Shown piece after piece: positions 1 to 12,055 of a DNA stretch of 64,000 nt (position 1 is the first letter of the stretch; every line of letters starts with the position of its first letter). A program made the position numbers and the translations under genes. The stretch lies in the NCBI GenBank assembly GCA_038496445.1, contig JALMLS010000520.1, forward strand, positions 1 through 64,000, written 5' to 3'. This stretch comes from Trichosphaerium sp. ATCC 40318. Its lineage: Eukaryota; Protista; Tubulinea. The notes under the pieces were generated by a model, which did not search any database, was not told the DNA's origin, and worked only from the letters and a program-made list of their open reading frames with translations.

Positions 1-3000
1 TTTTGACAACCCAAAGAGTTATCGCAAGAGTAGAGCAAGCACTTGTCAGTTTTGTTACAATCAAGTTTCTCGAAAACACATCCACTGGCACTAAAGAAGA
101 AAGTATAAGGTCACGTGACCAAAATATTTTCAAAATGTAAAAGTCTTGTTCAAACCAAGAAACAAAGGAATACAAAGCCTATTCACGTACGGGTCACATC
201 TGGCGACTTCACATTCGTTTCTCTTATCACAAACAACATCTTCAGTTGTACAACCAGTATCCGGATTACAACCGTCAATGATACATGCACTGCCGCTGTC
301 ACATACTTTAGGTGTTGCAACACACTCTCCAGTGGTTATGTCACATGTATCAATGATACATTGGGAGTTTCTGTGGGTAAACGTTAGCAACACAAAAAAA
401 AATGAACTAAATATTTCTGAAATAGTGCGTACGAGTTACAGTCAGGAGTAGTATCTCTGATTCTGCAATTTTCTGTAGGGATATTGCTAGAACCATCAAC
501 GTCACAGAAGGTAGCTTGGCACTTGTTAGCCTAAGAAAGAGTGTAAGAGGTTAAATAATCATAATAAGTTTTTCGTACATCGAGCTCATCTCTGAATACT
601 GCATCACAGTCAACTTCAGCACCAGTTCCTACGATCTGGCATTTATCGCACATACGATTGACATTTTCACAAACACCAGTCATTGCATTACATGTGTCTG
701 TGGTACAGAAAAGACCATCATCACAGTCCTTTGGTCTTTCTTGACAACCAACAGCAGCTATAATTCTATGTTAGTCTCTCAAGTATGGGTGACATTGTCA
801 ATGATTTAAAAACGTACGATCACAAGTGTAAACCTTGCAAGGATCTCCTTTATTGCAATCAACATCTGTTGTCTTACAGCCTTGATTAAAATGTTAGTTT
901 GAAACTTTGGGGTTTTTTTTCCTTCAAAGAGACATACCAGTAACAGGATCGCACTCGTATATTTTACATTTGTCGTTTCCAGAGCAATCTACACGTTCAC
1001 GTTTACAACCATTATCACAAGTATGGGTCCAGCACGCCTAAAAAACAAGAATAAGAAACAATATTCGTTCATGTGAACACAAAAAAAAGCCCTTACAGTT
1101 TGGAACTGGCTTGCAGCACGGCGTTCGCATTCGGCATCAGTGATAGTAGTAGATTGACATCCTGTAGCTGGGTTACAGCTGGTTTCTTGACATTGGTTGG
1201 CAGGATCACACGTTACATCTTTGATGACACACTAAGACAAAGTCAAAAAGTGAAGAAGTGGCAAAACAATTTGAGCAAACGTACACCAACAGCAGGTTCG
1301 CATGAGTTATCGGTACATTCGCTGTTATCATTACATTGGCTCTTGATGTCTGTGAATACACAACCGGCTATACAAACGTTAGAAAACGTGATAAAGAGAA
1401 AAAAATAAGAACAAGAGCAAAACGTACTGTTAGGGTTGCAAGTATCCTTAGTACAAGCATTGTTGTCGTTACATGTAATTGGCTTTTGTACACACCCGAA
1501 ACCAGCGTTTGCAACACAAACAGCGGTATGGCACTTATCTTTTGGTTCACAGCTGCTAGGGCAAGTACATTCTTGTCCACAGTGGCAGAATCCGTTGCAA
1601 GAAGCACCACAGTCGTTAACAGTGTTAACTGGGCAGATAACTGTGAGGATATCTTGGAGTTTTTGGTTAAGGGAGGCGAAATCTGCAAGAACAAGTTAGA
1701 GAGAAGCCCATATAGGTTTAAGGAAGTACATACCGGCTACAGCGATGTAATCAGCTGGCCATTCGCTAGTAAAGAGTTTGAGATCATCTTCAGACAAGTT
1801 ATCACCAACACCAATGGACACCATCTTGTATCCAGCGGATCTTGCGCGGTCAGTCCATTCGATAAGTTCATCGCGACCACCACAGTTATCACAATTTCCA
1901 GTACCGCCAGGTCCCCAAACACTGTAAAGGCCGGTTAGAGAAAATTACGGGAATAAAAAAATTGTTTTTATGAAAACCACGTACGGTCCTTTACCACGGC
2001 AACAGTCATTAGCACATGGGCTATTACAACCACAAGCGCTCAATTGACATGGACGGTTGTTACGACCATCAGTTAGTGTTACAATGATACCAGGTGTACC
2101 CGGTCTCTTGTTTGCTTGTAGCTCTTTGTAAGCGAGTTCAATACCACATCCAATGCAAGTGTAAGAACTGACTTTTGTGATACCTAAAAGAATCACGTGT
2201 TAGAAATATGTGCAAAGCGTTTTTTGTTAAAAAGCGTACTTCTGAGCTGATTCAAGATAGATGTCTTAGAGGCTGACATGGTCAAGAGATTACGACCAAC
2301 AGTAGAGTAAAGTTTGATGGCTTAAAAAAAAGTAAGAAAAGTAAAAGCCAAGGTAAAAGGCAGTACCAAAGTTAGCGCCTGTTGGACCAACTTCAAAAGC
2401 TTCGACAAGATCTTCTGCGAAAGCCTTCAATTGATTCCACTACAACAAATTTAGAAACAAAACAAACAAACAATAATAAACGCTTATGTAAACGTACTTC
2501 ATTGTTATTAATAGAACCAGACTCATCCAATACTAGGACGATATCGAATACTTGAGAACACTCATCAGTACATCCACCGCCACCAGGTAGCTTCCTAGAA
2601 GAGGTATAAGAATAAACGTGTAGAAGAGGAGGAATAATAATTTATCGTAATTTTTATTTTCGAAAATAATCAAAAAACACCGTCGCAAGTTTTTCCGTAC
2701 TTTTTTTCAGCGACAGAATCCAAGAAAGCGTCATTAGGGAAAGAGCCTGTTGTGATAGCGCCGTTAAATTTCCATGTCTCTCCGCTTGAGAATTCAACAC
2801 TAAAAAAAATCTCTTGGTTAGCTAATTATCACGTGATAATTTAAAAAAAAAAATCTGAAAATCGCTTCAAAAAGAACCGAAAAATTTTCCGGCTGGTTTC
2901 TGATATTTTCACGTGGTTTTTGAAATTATCACGTGATTTAAAAAAAAAATTAGACGCTTCTTTTTGAAGCTCAAAATGAGAGGATAATTATTATGCGTAC

Positions 3001-3979
3001 AGACAGATGTTGTTACCGTTGAAACACAAGGTATCGACTTGCCCATTGGCATTATTTGGGTTTTCGTTAAAACATGTTTGGCAACCATCGCGAGCGGCGG
3101 TAGTACCACCTTTAGATACTAGATCTGGTACGTTTCTGTCCTCACCGAAGGCTTCGCAAGCATCTGAACACTTACGCAAGCGAAGATTCTAAACGATCCC
3201 AATTAATTGTTTTTTTTCACCCACAAATCAATAGAGAAGAAAAGGTCGCCGTTTGGTGGATTTTGTGAGTTCGTTTGTTTAATGTGCACGTTTTTTTTTT
3301 TGTAAAAATTAACAAGTAAGCTAGCGTACCTCATCGTAAATGTATGCTTCACTCAAAGAACCAGCTTGGATACCTTTGTAGGTCCTACCGATTGTCAGAA
3401 AAACAAAAAAACGAAAAAAGAAAAAATCCAAATGAAAAAAAAAAAACCAAAAGCTTTCTTCCATTTTGTAATTACTCCGGAAAACCGCACTGTCACAATC
3501 GCTCGCAACACCCCATAACCTTTCTAAAACACAAAATTGAAGAAAGCGGGCATCTCTCGAACTTTAGGAACAAAGCGCCAACCAAGTAAATTTAGAAGAG
3601 GAAAATTTTTTTTTTACTTTATACTGCAAATATCGTAAACTACGAGTTTAGTAACTTACCATGCGATACGTTCGTTATTTTTATCATAGTACATAGATTC
3701 GGCTTCTAGAACACCCTACAAAAGAAGTAAGATATCAACAGATACACAGTTGGGTAAAAACCAAAAGCAAGTTGACCCTGACATTCGAGGGAGTACGTTT
3801 CTGAACAGACAACAATTTCCAGAAAAGAAAAAGTGCCTTTCAGAAGAAAGGGGAAGGTTACGTGTACGTACATTTATAAAAGGACGGTTGGTGATGACTA
3901 CATCTTTAGCAGTAAAACTAGCGCGTCCGGCCGCATAGGCTAGGGCGAAAAGAACAGCGAGGAGGATGAGTTGTCTCAT
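1..3979 (-). CDS. vWA + Cys-rich (Dicty CTDC-type) repeat surface receptor, left copy, 3' end outside window (multi-exon)
   Basis: ATG at 3979, signal peptide MRQLILLAVLFALAYAA, MIDAS motif DIVLVLDESGS, LTDG, repeats such as CNDNNACTKDTC. Mirror of 40111-45010. Confidence 0.9.
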
Positions 3980-5244
3980 CTGTAGTGAAACTGAGATTTT
4001 GTTCACAAATGCAGGACTCACGTCATTGATTTGTGTACGCTTGGTGCGTCCGTTTGCGCTAGTTCATAAAAACCGCCGAGGGGTGCTTCTATATCGTTTT
4101 GCGATAGTTTTTAAGACATTTTGTTATCAGATGACGCTACGAGGTAGCATCCTTACAAACGACCTTCTAGCGGTGCTACAAACACCATAAGCGTATTATA
4201 AGACGATACCAGAAGAAACGTCTTCTCGGAGGAAAGCGGATTAAATCCCAAAACCCATCCCACGTTCGCTGCTGCCAGCGACATTTTTGGAGCCAACACG
4301 CCTAACTGTATTCGCACATTCGAAACAACTCAAAAAAAAAAATAAAAGTCGAACTTTCTTTGCCGAAATAATTATTGTTTTGAGGCTAACGAACTTCACT
4401 TTTTCTTACATAGAAATATAACTTTCGCGGCAGGGCTAGGACGCACTAGGCTCTTAATAATTTTCATAAAGCCGTAATAAAACGCGCTAGAACGTAAAAA
4501 CAGCTCTTAAGCGTCCCTCAAGTAAACGCGATACCATGTCGTTTCATTGGCGTACTTTAAGCGCCTTGGCTTTTTTTGGCTTGTATTTTTTGTCACGTGG
4601 TTTACGGGCAACGTGTTGTAGACAACTCTCAGGGTGGGTAGCAGCATACAATACGTTTTGTATACTCGTTTTAGGTCTGGATTAAATTATGCTCCTAGTA
4701 CGCTAGCTATACGGTGTAACGACGTCAGGAGGTAATAAAACTTAGAATTGCGAACGAATTAGGGACTAGTACAACTTTGTGGACAAAATATTCGGCCGAC
4801 CCAGAGGCGTATTTTGGTAACATTACCTAACCCAAAGTACAATGGTCATAGTGAGCAAATCACAACATTAAAGGGAAAAGGCAGTTTGGTTAACCGCCAA
4901 ACTGCTGGACAGAGCTAACAACGTGTATGTGCTTTGCTATTCATCTAGGTTCACAAGGACGACTCGAACTGCCATTCAGATTTTAGGTTCTCCTTGGACG
5001 CACCAAAAGCAAAGGTAGTGTATTATTATGTGAGCTGATTTTGTTTAATCTGTGAATATTTTTTGGGTGAGAACAAGGAAATTTGGCAAACAGAATCCAA
5101 ACACTGATATTACAGAAGCAACAAGCACGTGTTTATTACGAACTCTTTTACAATTGTAACTTTACGTGTGGAGGCAAAAAAAAATTGAAAAGAACATAAG
5201 ATTCTCTTCACCTTTTTTTCTTTTGACTTTAGCGGTTCTATTTA

Positions 5245-6084
5245 TCAATCTGCGCATGTCATCATCATCTCAACAAATTCGCTAAAATCAATTTTACCAT
5301 CACCTATAACTCTAATGTCAGCCATTGCTTTTAAGTTCATACAACACTACATAGCATTCTTTGTCTTTTTTTGAGATTTGGTAAAAAGATACCCAAAAAA
5401 AAATAATTTCTACTTGCCGTTTGCGTCAGCATCATCAAACATAACCTTCAACTCAGCATCAGTCAGATCCTCTCCCATGTTCTTCATACCAGAACCAAGT
5501 TCTGCAAGTGTAATAATGCCTATTTTTGTAAAATTAATGTCAACAACTTTTTTTTTTTTTTGCAACGTCACGAGTTGATGTTTTCTAGAAGAAGTTGAAG
5601 ATTCGCCCTTACCATCACCGTCAGTGTCGAAAACAGCAAAAGCTTCTCTATATTGTCCATAGATCATCTCCAAAAACTCATCAAACTCAACAGTTCCGTT
5701 TTCTAGTAATCTGTTAGCGCTTACTCAGTAGTTTGTGTGAAAAAGGTGTTTGATGGCCGGAAAGGGCTATAATAGCGTACTGTCTGCGTCTACGCTCTCA
5801 ATGAGCGCTACAACTTGTTTCTTGGTCAATGTAGTCCCTGAAGCTTTCAAAAACTCTCTAACCTCATCCGGACAGAGACCGCCTGGTACTGTGTAAGCTA
5901 GGTGAAGTTGCACAAAATTAAAGAGTAGTTTGAGCTTCCAGTAGCAACTACTCACCGTCTTTGTTTGTGTCGCACATGGCAAACGTATCTTTGAGCTCAT
6001 CAAGCTGTTTGATGGACAACATATCGCGCATTGATTTAGTCTATTGAAACCTTAGTAAATACTACTAGCATATAAAAGTACCAT
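5245..6084 (-). CDS. Calmodulin-like four-EF-hand protein, left copy (multi-exon)
   Basis: Spliced product has EF loops DTNKDG, DADKNGTVEFDEF, DTDGDGIITLAEL and DANGDGKIDFSEF. The first coding exon is probably the ATG alone. Confidence 0.9.
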
Positions 6085-6179
6085 TTTAGTAAGTTGCAGT
6101 GCTTGTATCTTTGATTCGTAACAACCCAAATTAAGAAAATTCGCTATATTTCAGTTTTGTGGTTAAAAAAGCCTTGACG

Positions 6180-8057
6180 ATGCTCAAGCTCCAGCTGGAA
6201 CCTGACGTGGAAGAGTACTTAGCAAAATGGTACACAAAGGAAGGGTTAGATGATGTTCTGCGTCATTTGGCTTGTCCTCCAATTTGCACGACTATTCGTA
6301 CGAATACATTAAAGACCACGCCTGAAGAGTTGTGTAAACGATTAAACGATAAATTTACAAAAGAGGTACAAATAAACACTTACAACGCGATGGTTTATTC
6401 TTAAACGAGTTTATAGCTCTCAGTTAGTGGCATCAAATTCGAAATTAGCAACAAAATTTCAGAAGTCGTTCAATTAGTATCTACAGGCCCGCATAGCGTA
6501 GAAAAGCCAGAAAAGAGTACGTTCGCGGATTATTGTAAATCTGTTACTCAAACCGTTGTTAAGAATGCGTCATTGGCCAAAAAGCAGGTGAATCTGTTCT
6601 TAGAGGTGCCGATGTATACGCTGTAGGCGTTCTTGGTGCATCAAACCACAGTACGTATTAATTCATTAACCACCTCTTTACTTACCCGTTAGTCCACGAG
6701 AATGATCCAGTATCCGTGTACGCAGATACGACTGGGTCTGTATCTAAAGGAACAATTACAAATGATGTATCGGCTGATACTTATGTTTTTGTTGGCGTTG
6801 GAGAAGCAACACTTGTGCGTCCTTGTAACCTTGAATCAACTCTTTTTTTTTTGGTCTAAATATGTTCTCGTCTCACAGAGCAGAGCTGTCATAATGAACA
6901 CTAAAAGAGGTGTTGGCATACGTATGACCAACCGTATTTACACAAATCTACCTCTTGGAGAGGTATACACTGATGAGTCTTTCCTACAAAACTTGCCTTC
7001 TATTTTAACAGGAAAAATACTTGAAGTACGTTTCTGACGCAAACATGCCATTACACTGGTCAGCGTAGTAATAAGATTTAATAGCCAAAACCAGGAGACA
7101 CGATTCTAGATATGTGCGCTGCTCCAGGTACTATAGTGCCTCTTCATACCTTTATTTTATTCTCACGTATTGTGTAGGTGGTAAAACAACGCATATAGCA
7201 CAATTGAGTGGTGATAAAGCTACAATTTATGCGCTTGACAGAAGAAAGAAAAAAGTGCCTGTAATCAAGAAGAACTGTGCTAGATTTGGTATTACGAGCG
7301 TTACACCTCTTCACATGAACGCATCAAAATCGTTATTGAGTGATGGGCAACCTTTTAACCCAGTACGAGAATGATAAAAGCAGAAAACAAACCGGACATT
7401 TTTTTTGGTCTTTTTATTTTGTTTAACAGTTCTCTTAGGAAGCGCCTATAGGATTCCCTGCTGAATACTTTGATAAAATACTGCTGGATCCACCTTGCTC
7501 AGGTACTACTTAACAAGAGGTTTCGTTTCGAATGATAAGTTGGTGTTTACTGTGTTTTCGATAGGATTGGGCAATAGGCCTCGGTTTAGAGATGATATGA
7601 CGCTTAATAACTTGTTACAGTACCATGATTATCAAAAAAAACTATTTAACGTTGCTGTGCAACTATTAAAGCCTGGAGGAACTCTTGTATACAGTACATG
7701 CACAATTCATCCAGAAGAAAACGAGAATGTTGTGTTTTTCGCTCTACAAGAGTATGGTAAGTACCGCTTTGTTTATGCTTCTTGTTGATTGTATTCTAAG
7801 GTTATTGCTTGGAGCTGGTAAGCCAGGATCCTTTCGTAATGGGTGCGTAAAGAAGCCACTTCTACACGTTAATTATTCTCGTGGGATGAGTGCTAATTCA
7901 AGCTGTAGGTGAGCCTGGACTTGAAACATCAGAACTAGATGAGAAAGAAAGAAATATGGTACAACGTTTCGATCCAAGAGCAGACGTAGATACCATTGGC
8001 TTCTTTATCGCCAAATTTAAGAAGACAAGTAGTTTTAATAAAAAACCGAGCTCTTGA
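6180..8057 (+). CDS. NSUN6: NSUN6-like RNA m5C methyltransferase (PUA + RsmB/NOL1 domain), left copy (multi-exon)
   Basis: Motifs [24 protein letters not shown] (PUA), [38 protein letters not shown] and [10 protein letters not shown] are recovered across canonical introns. Confidence 0.92.
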
Positions 8058-8175
8058 CGAATGTGACGTTTGTTTTTTTTTGAGCGAGCATTCTTCCCTA
8101 AAAAGGACATTGGTCAATTAAATTAGTTTACTCGCCTCTAAGAAACTAAAGAAGTACCCACAAATAAAAGCTGAA

Positions 8176-9128
8176 ATGGCCATGTCTTGTAATAACAACT
8201 GTGAAAAAAATGCTGATAAGCGCTGTACTTCTTGTAAGAGCGTCTATTATTGTTCTGCCGAATGCCAAGTACAGTAACACACTATTGGGGGTGTTTTAAT
8301 GGCGTGTTTAGACGGCTGATTGGCCAGAACACAAATTCAGATGCACAAACGCCAAAAAGGTACGAATTCATAACCAATGATATGAGTCTATGCGTTTTCT
8401 TGAAATTATTGCTTTGTGTTTTGGATTGTTTTGTTACTTCATCAACAATTGGCCATTGACTTATGGTGGGTATATTAAAACGTATCGTAGGAGTTTGCTA
8501 GAGTACGGACTTTCAAAAAACTGATAATAAAGGAAGGAGACGGTAAAACGTTCCCTAAAAAAGGTCAAACAGTAAGTATGCACTACGTTGGTACGTATCA
8601 CAAGGGTTTTTAACCTCTCCGTGAGTCTAATGCTTATTTTTACTCATAGGCACTGTACGCATTCTAAACTGGGTTTGGCGTACTAATTAAAGCGTGTACA
8701 TAGTTCCTAGACGGTAATAAGTTTGATAGCTCAAGAGATAAGAACAGAGAGTTTAAATTCAAGCTTGGCTGTGGCCAAGTAATTAGAGGATGGGATGAAG
8801 GCGTAATAAAGGTACAACAAATACTTACATTCTATTTTTCGTATTTTTTAGAAACGGTTTTTCTTTTTTTGGAATTTTGATCGTCGTTTCGTTTTCCCTC
8901 TTCTCTATGAGACTAATATACCTTATAGATGAGCCTTGGCGAGCGTGCTAACTTGATTTGTGGACCAGCATATGCGTATGGCAAGGAGGGATACCCAGGA
9001 GCGTAAGTTTCCGTTTTTTTTGTTTTTTTTTCTTTTTGTTTTTCTAAGCGGTATAGCTAACATGTTTTTGTAGAATTCCACCAAACTCTGTTCTATGTTT
9101 TGATGTAGAACTTCTTTCTATAAATTGA
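8176..9128 (+). CDS. MYND zinc finger-FKBP12-type peptidyl-prolyl isomerase fusion, left copy (multi-exon)
   Basis: Spliced: [32 protein letters not shown], then [66 protein letters not shown]. Needs a 5-nt exon at 8650-8654. Confidence 0.9.
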
Positions 9129-9375
9129 TTTTATAAAGTATAGTATATTGTGATTAAGAGTAAACGTGAGGGATAATAGCTTTCCTCGACCTTTTGTAAA
9201 GACAAAAGAAACCACTCAGAATAAATAGTGTATTCACTCTAAGCTTGACCTCTTGTCGTTGGTGTTATCATATTTTGACTCTTCCACATCAATAACACTG
9301 AAATCCACGTCAACTTGTTTTCTAAGGCCAACTGTTGAGACTAACTGTATTTATTTTGGTTTCTTGATGACGTTT

Positions 9376-10038
9376 TATTTTTAGTTACAGAGTAAGGCTT
9401 ACTATTGTTACTTTTGCATCACTTTTTTGAGAGCCATGCAAATGTGTAGTCTCCATTTTCCTTTAGGAATAGTCACAGCGTAAGACTCACCGTTGTTATT
9501 CAAACCAAGAGTGGTCCCATTAATGCTCAATAATAGTGTAACTGTAACAAAGTTTGGACGTGTTCCTCTGACATCACCTTGGCTGTGTTTTTTTGTTAAA
9601 CCACAAATCTGTCCTTGATTTATGATATAATCTCGTCTCCATACATAAGATGAAGGTAACATGGTCGGCTTGCCGACATCTGAAAACCTGATTGTATCAA
9701 AGTCGCTCAGAATACCGATCCAAGCACACTACATCGTATGAATCCAAAATCATTGTCTGAACCTAACGTCACAGTTTCCTGAGAATAGTTAACTTTCTAT
9801 TGCTAATATACTGTTCTGAGAATGTCTTGCTTTAGTATTGGTACGGGCAATAGGTTAGAACTAATGCCAAGATATTCTACGAGTGCTTCAAAATCCTTGT
9901 CTCTACAACGAGAAGCTATAGTTGGGCAATCAATTATTTCTCTATTGTTAAAAACAACTGTTCTCAGAGCACGTAAGATAAGTTTAAAGTATTCCGGATC
10001 AATGTCTAGGAAGGTAACGCCATCTTCATCAACCTTGT
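9376..10038 (-). pseudogene. Decayed BTB/POZ (KCTD-type) + SPRY-like gene fragment
   Basis: 9900-10035 is nearly identical to the BTB core of 48064-48957 (KVDEDGVTFLDIDPEYF). It lacks the N-terminus and has frameshifts and an internal deletion. Confidence 0.85.
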
Positions 10039-10147
10039 AGCCTATGCGACATGTAGTAAGAATCAAATCTATTTGCAGTGACATCTTTAACCCTATTTTG
10101 GAAGTTACACTTCACAGAAAACCTTTGTTTACATTTTTTGTTCTTAG

Positions 10148-10818
10148 ATGGCTTTCAAAGCACATCTTAAAGCAATGGGAAGGAAACCACATATATCGCG
10201 GCTCCCTGTAGAGGTACTACAATGCTATAACGTTGTTTGATCAATTGTTTTGACGTGAAGTAAATAGATGTTGTTAGAAGTGTTTTATCACTTAGATGCC
10301 AGGACTGTTATCTCTGTAGTGCTCACGTGCTCTCATTGGAATCAAATTGGCTGTGATAATGTAATATGGTCAGTACAAGCCAAAACGTTGACGAGACGCT
10401 GTAAAACCTTCCTAAAATGTTAGTTTAGGCGTAGATTACACGATCAAAAACTATTTCCAAAGTATCGAGGAAAGCAGTCTTTCAAACTCGTTTTCCTACG
10501 TCGGTATGTTATCTACATCACAAACAACGTATTTTATAGTGGATTTAAACTCATTTCGTCTATTTTTGTTCATTAGAAAAGCCACTATTTGACCTTTCTT
10601 CTTGGCATATCAACCGACCTTTTTTTCCTTTGTAGGATTCAGTCCAAGAACTTTTGTAACTGCGGATTCAAGACGAAGAAATCTCATCTTGTTTTTGGTA
10701 ATACAATATGTAGCACGTGCACATGGAATATACCAAAGTACCGGATTGAATACAAAACACATGCAAAAACGTGCGAAAACAATTGTTTTCTTCTGTTTGG
10801 CTTACTCTTTCTATGACA
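10148..10818 (+). pseudogene. 3'-truncated copy of the F-box/XPA-like gene
   Basis: Mirror of 33298-33973. It breaks inside the last intron just before the acceptor AG, and a 3-nt deletion changes CNNC to CNC. Confidence 0.8.
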
Positions 10819-12055
10819 TTTCAAGTGTTGTTAATATGCTTTGGTAATTACCTACTGTAGTTGATGCAATCATACCACATTTAATTAGTTCAGGTGAGAT
10901 ATGTACATGGTGAGCAAAAGTAATGTGCACTATTTCGGCAATGCTGGAATTTAGTGTTTGAATTACATTACGGCATTACATTCTTTATATTACAATCCAC
11001 ATTATAGTGGCAAACCAAAAACAAATATTGGAGACAGAGTCACTTCACAACAGAAATCTGAGGAGCTTTTATTGAGTAAAGTGATATCAATGTCTCCTTT
11101 CTATTTTTGCTTTTTTTTAAAGAAAGACATGTGCCTACAGCTATGGCGAGATTAACAAGAACCCATACATGGGTGGAATATTAGAAAGAGTACCCTTCAA
11201 GTTTTGTTTATTGTAGAATGTAAATTTTTTTGCGTTCAATTCTTTTGAGGTGAAATTGTGAAGGCCAGCAGTCACAAAGAACAGAGCCTTTCACAAAAAG
11301 GAAGCCACAAACAAATTTATGGATTTTTGAACAAAGTTTCAAATTCTCTGCCTGTATTGGTTATCACGTTCTGTTTTGTAGTCAATTCATGTATATTTAT
11401 AAGCGTGTGCCTCTCAAACCTAAAACTAGGTTCTGTAACAAATCAGGCTCCTCATTTCATGAACGTCGAAATTTTACGCTGTCATACACATTGTTTGCGC
11501 GCAGCGGCCTCGTTTCGCTGGGTTAGAGCCGTTTGTGAAAAAAACATTTTGGACACTATTACAAAAGAATGTAAAGTGTGCACTTACAATGTAAGGATGT
11601 GTACCTGGCCAGTGTATACAACGGCCAGTGTATCTTCCTTATTCTCTCTTTATTAGGAATGTACACGGTATGAATTCTATTCATTGATAGTGTGCAGTTA
11701 CAAGGTCTTTGTGTCTACGTCAGCACCAATTCAATTCAATGAACGGACTTGCTTACATACAAAGTAAGAGATACATTTTTTTGTTTGAAAACGCTATTTT
11801 TTGTTAAATTGACATACTAGTAATTTTTTTAGACTGTTATTGGGTTTTAGCAAGCTCTCGCGTTATTTTATAGTATGAAATTCCTGTTGGAGTTTTTGCA
11901 ATGTTTACAGCTTGACAAAATGTAAATGGCGTGACTAACGTTAATGCAAGTTTTATAATGTACAATATGAACACACGGTGTGCTTATATGCTTATATGCT
12001 TTGAGCTTTGAAAAGGCTTTTGGTGATATTTTGTTACATTAACCTCTCTGAGGAA

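Larger units (their letters stand above)
1..10818. repeat. Left arm of a large inverted segmental duplication (runs off the window start)
   Basis: Reverse complement of 33298-44067. Paired ORFs are near-identical (e.g. 6159..6404+ vs 37669..37914-, 8250..8459+ vs 35623..35832-). Identity ends at ...ctttctatgaca (10818). Confidence 0.97.

Noticed and set aside
1336-1938. 200-aa ORF (and mirror 42149-42751) as an independent gene
   Set aside because: Antisense shadow of the Cys-rich exons of the vWA receptor.
4600-5060. Possible small spliced gene between the vWA and calmodulin-like genes
   Set aside because: Splice-like signals are present, but the two arms differ by frame-breaking indels and no domain is recognisable.
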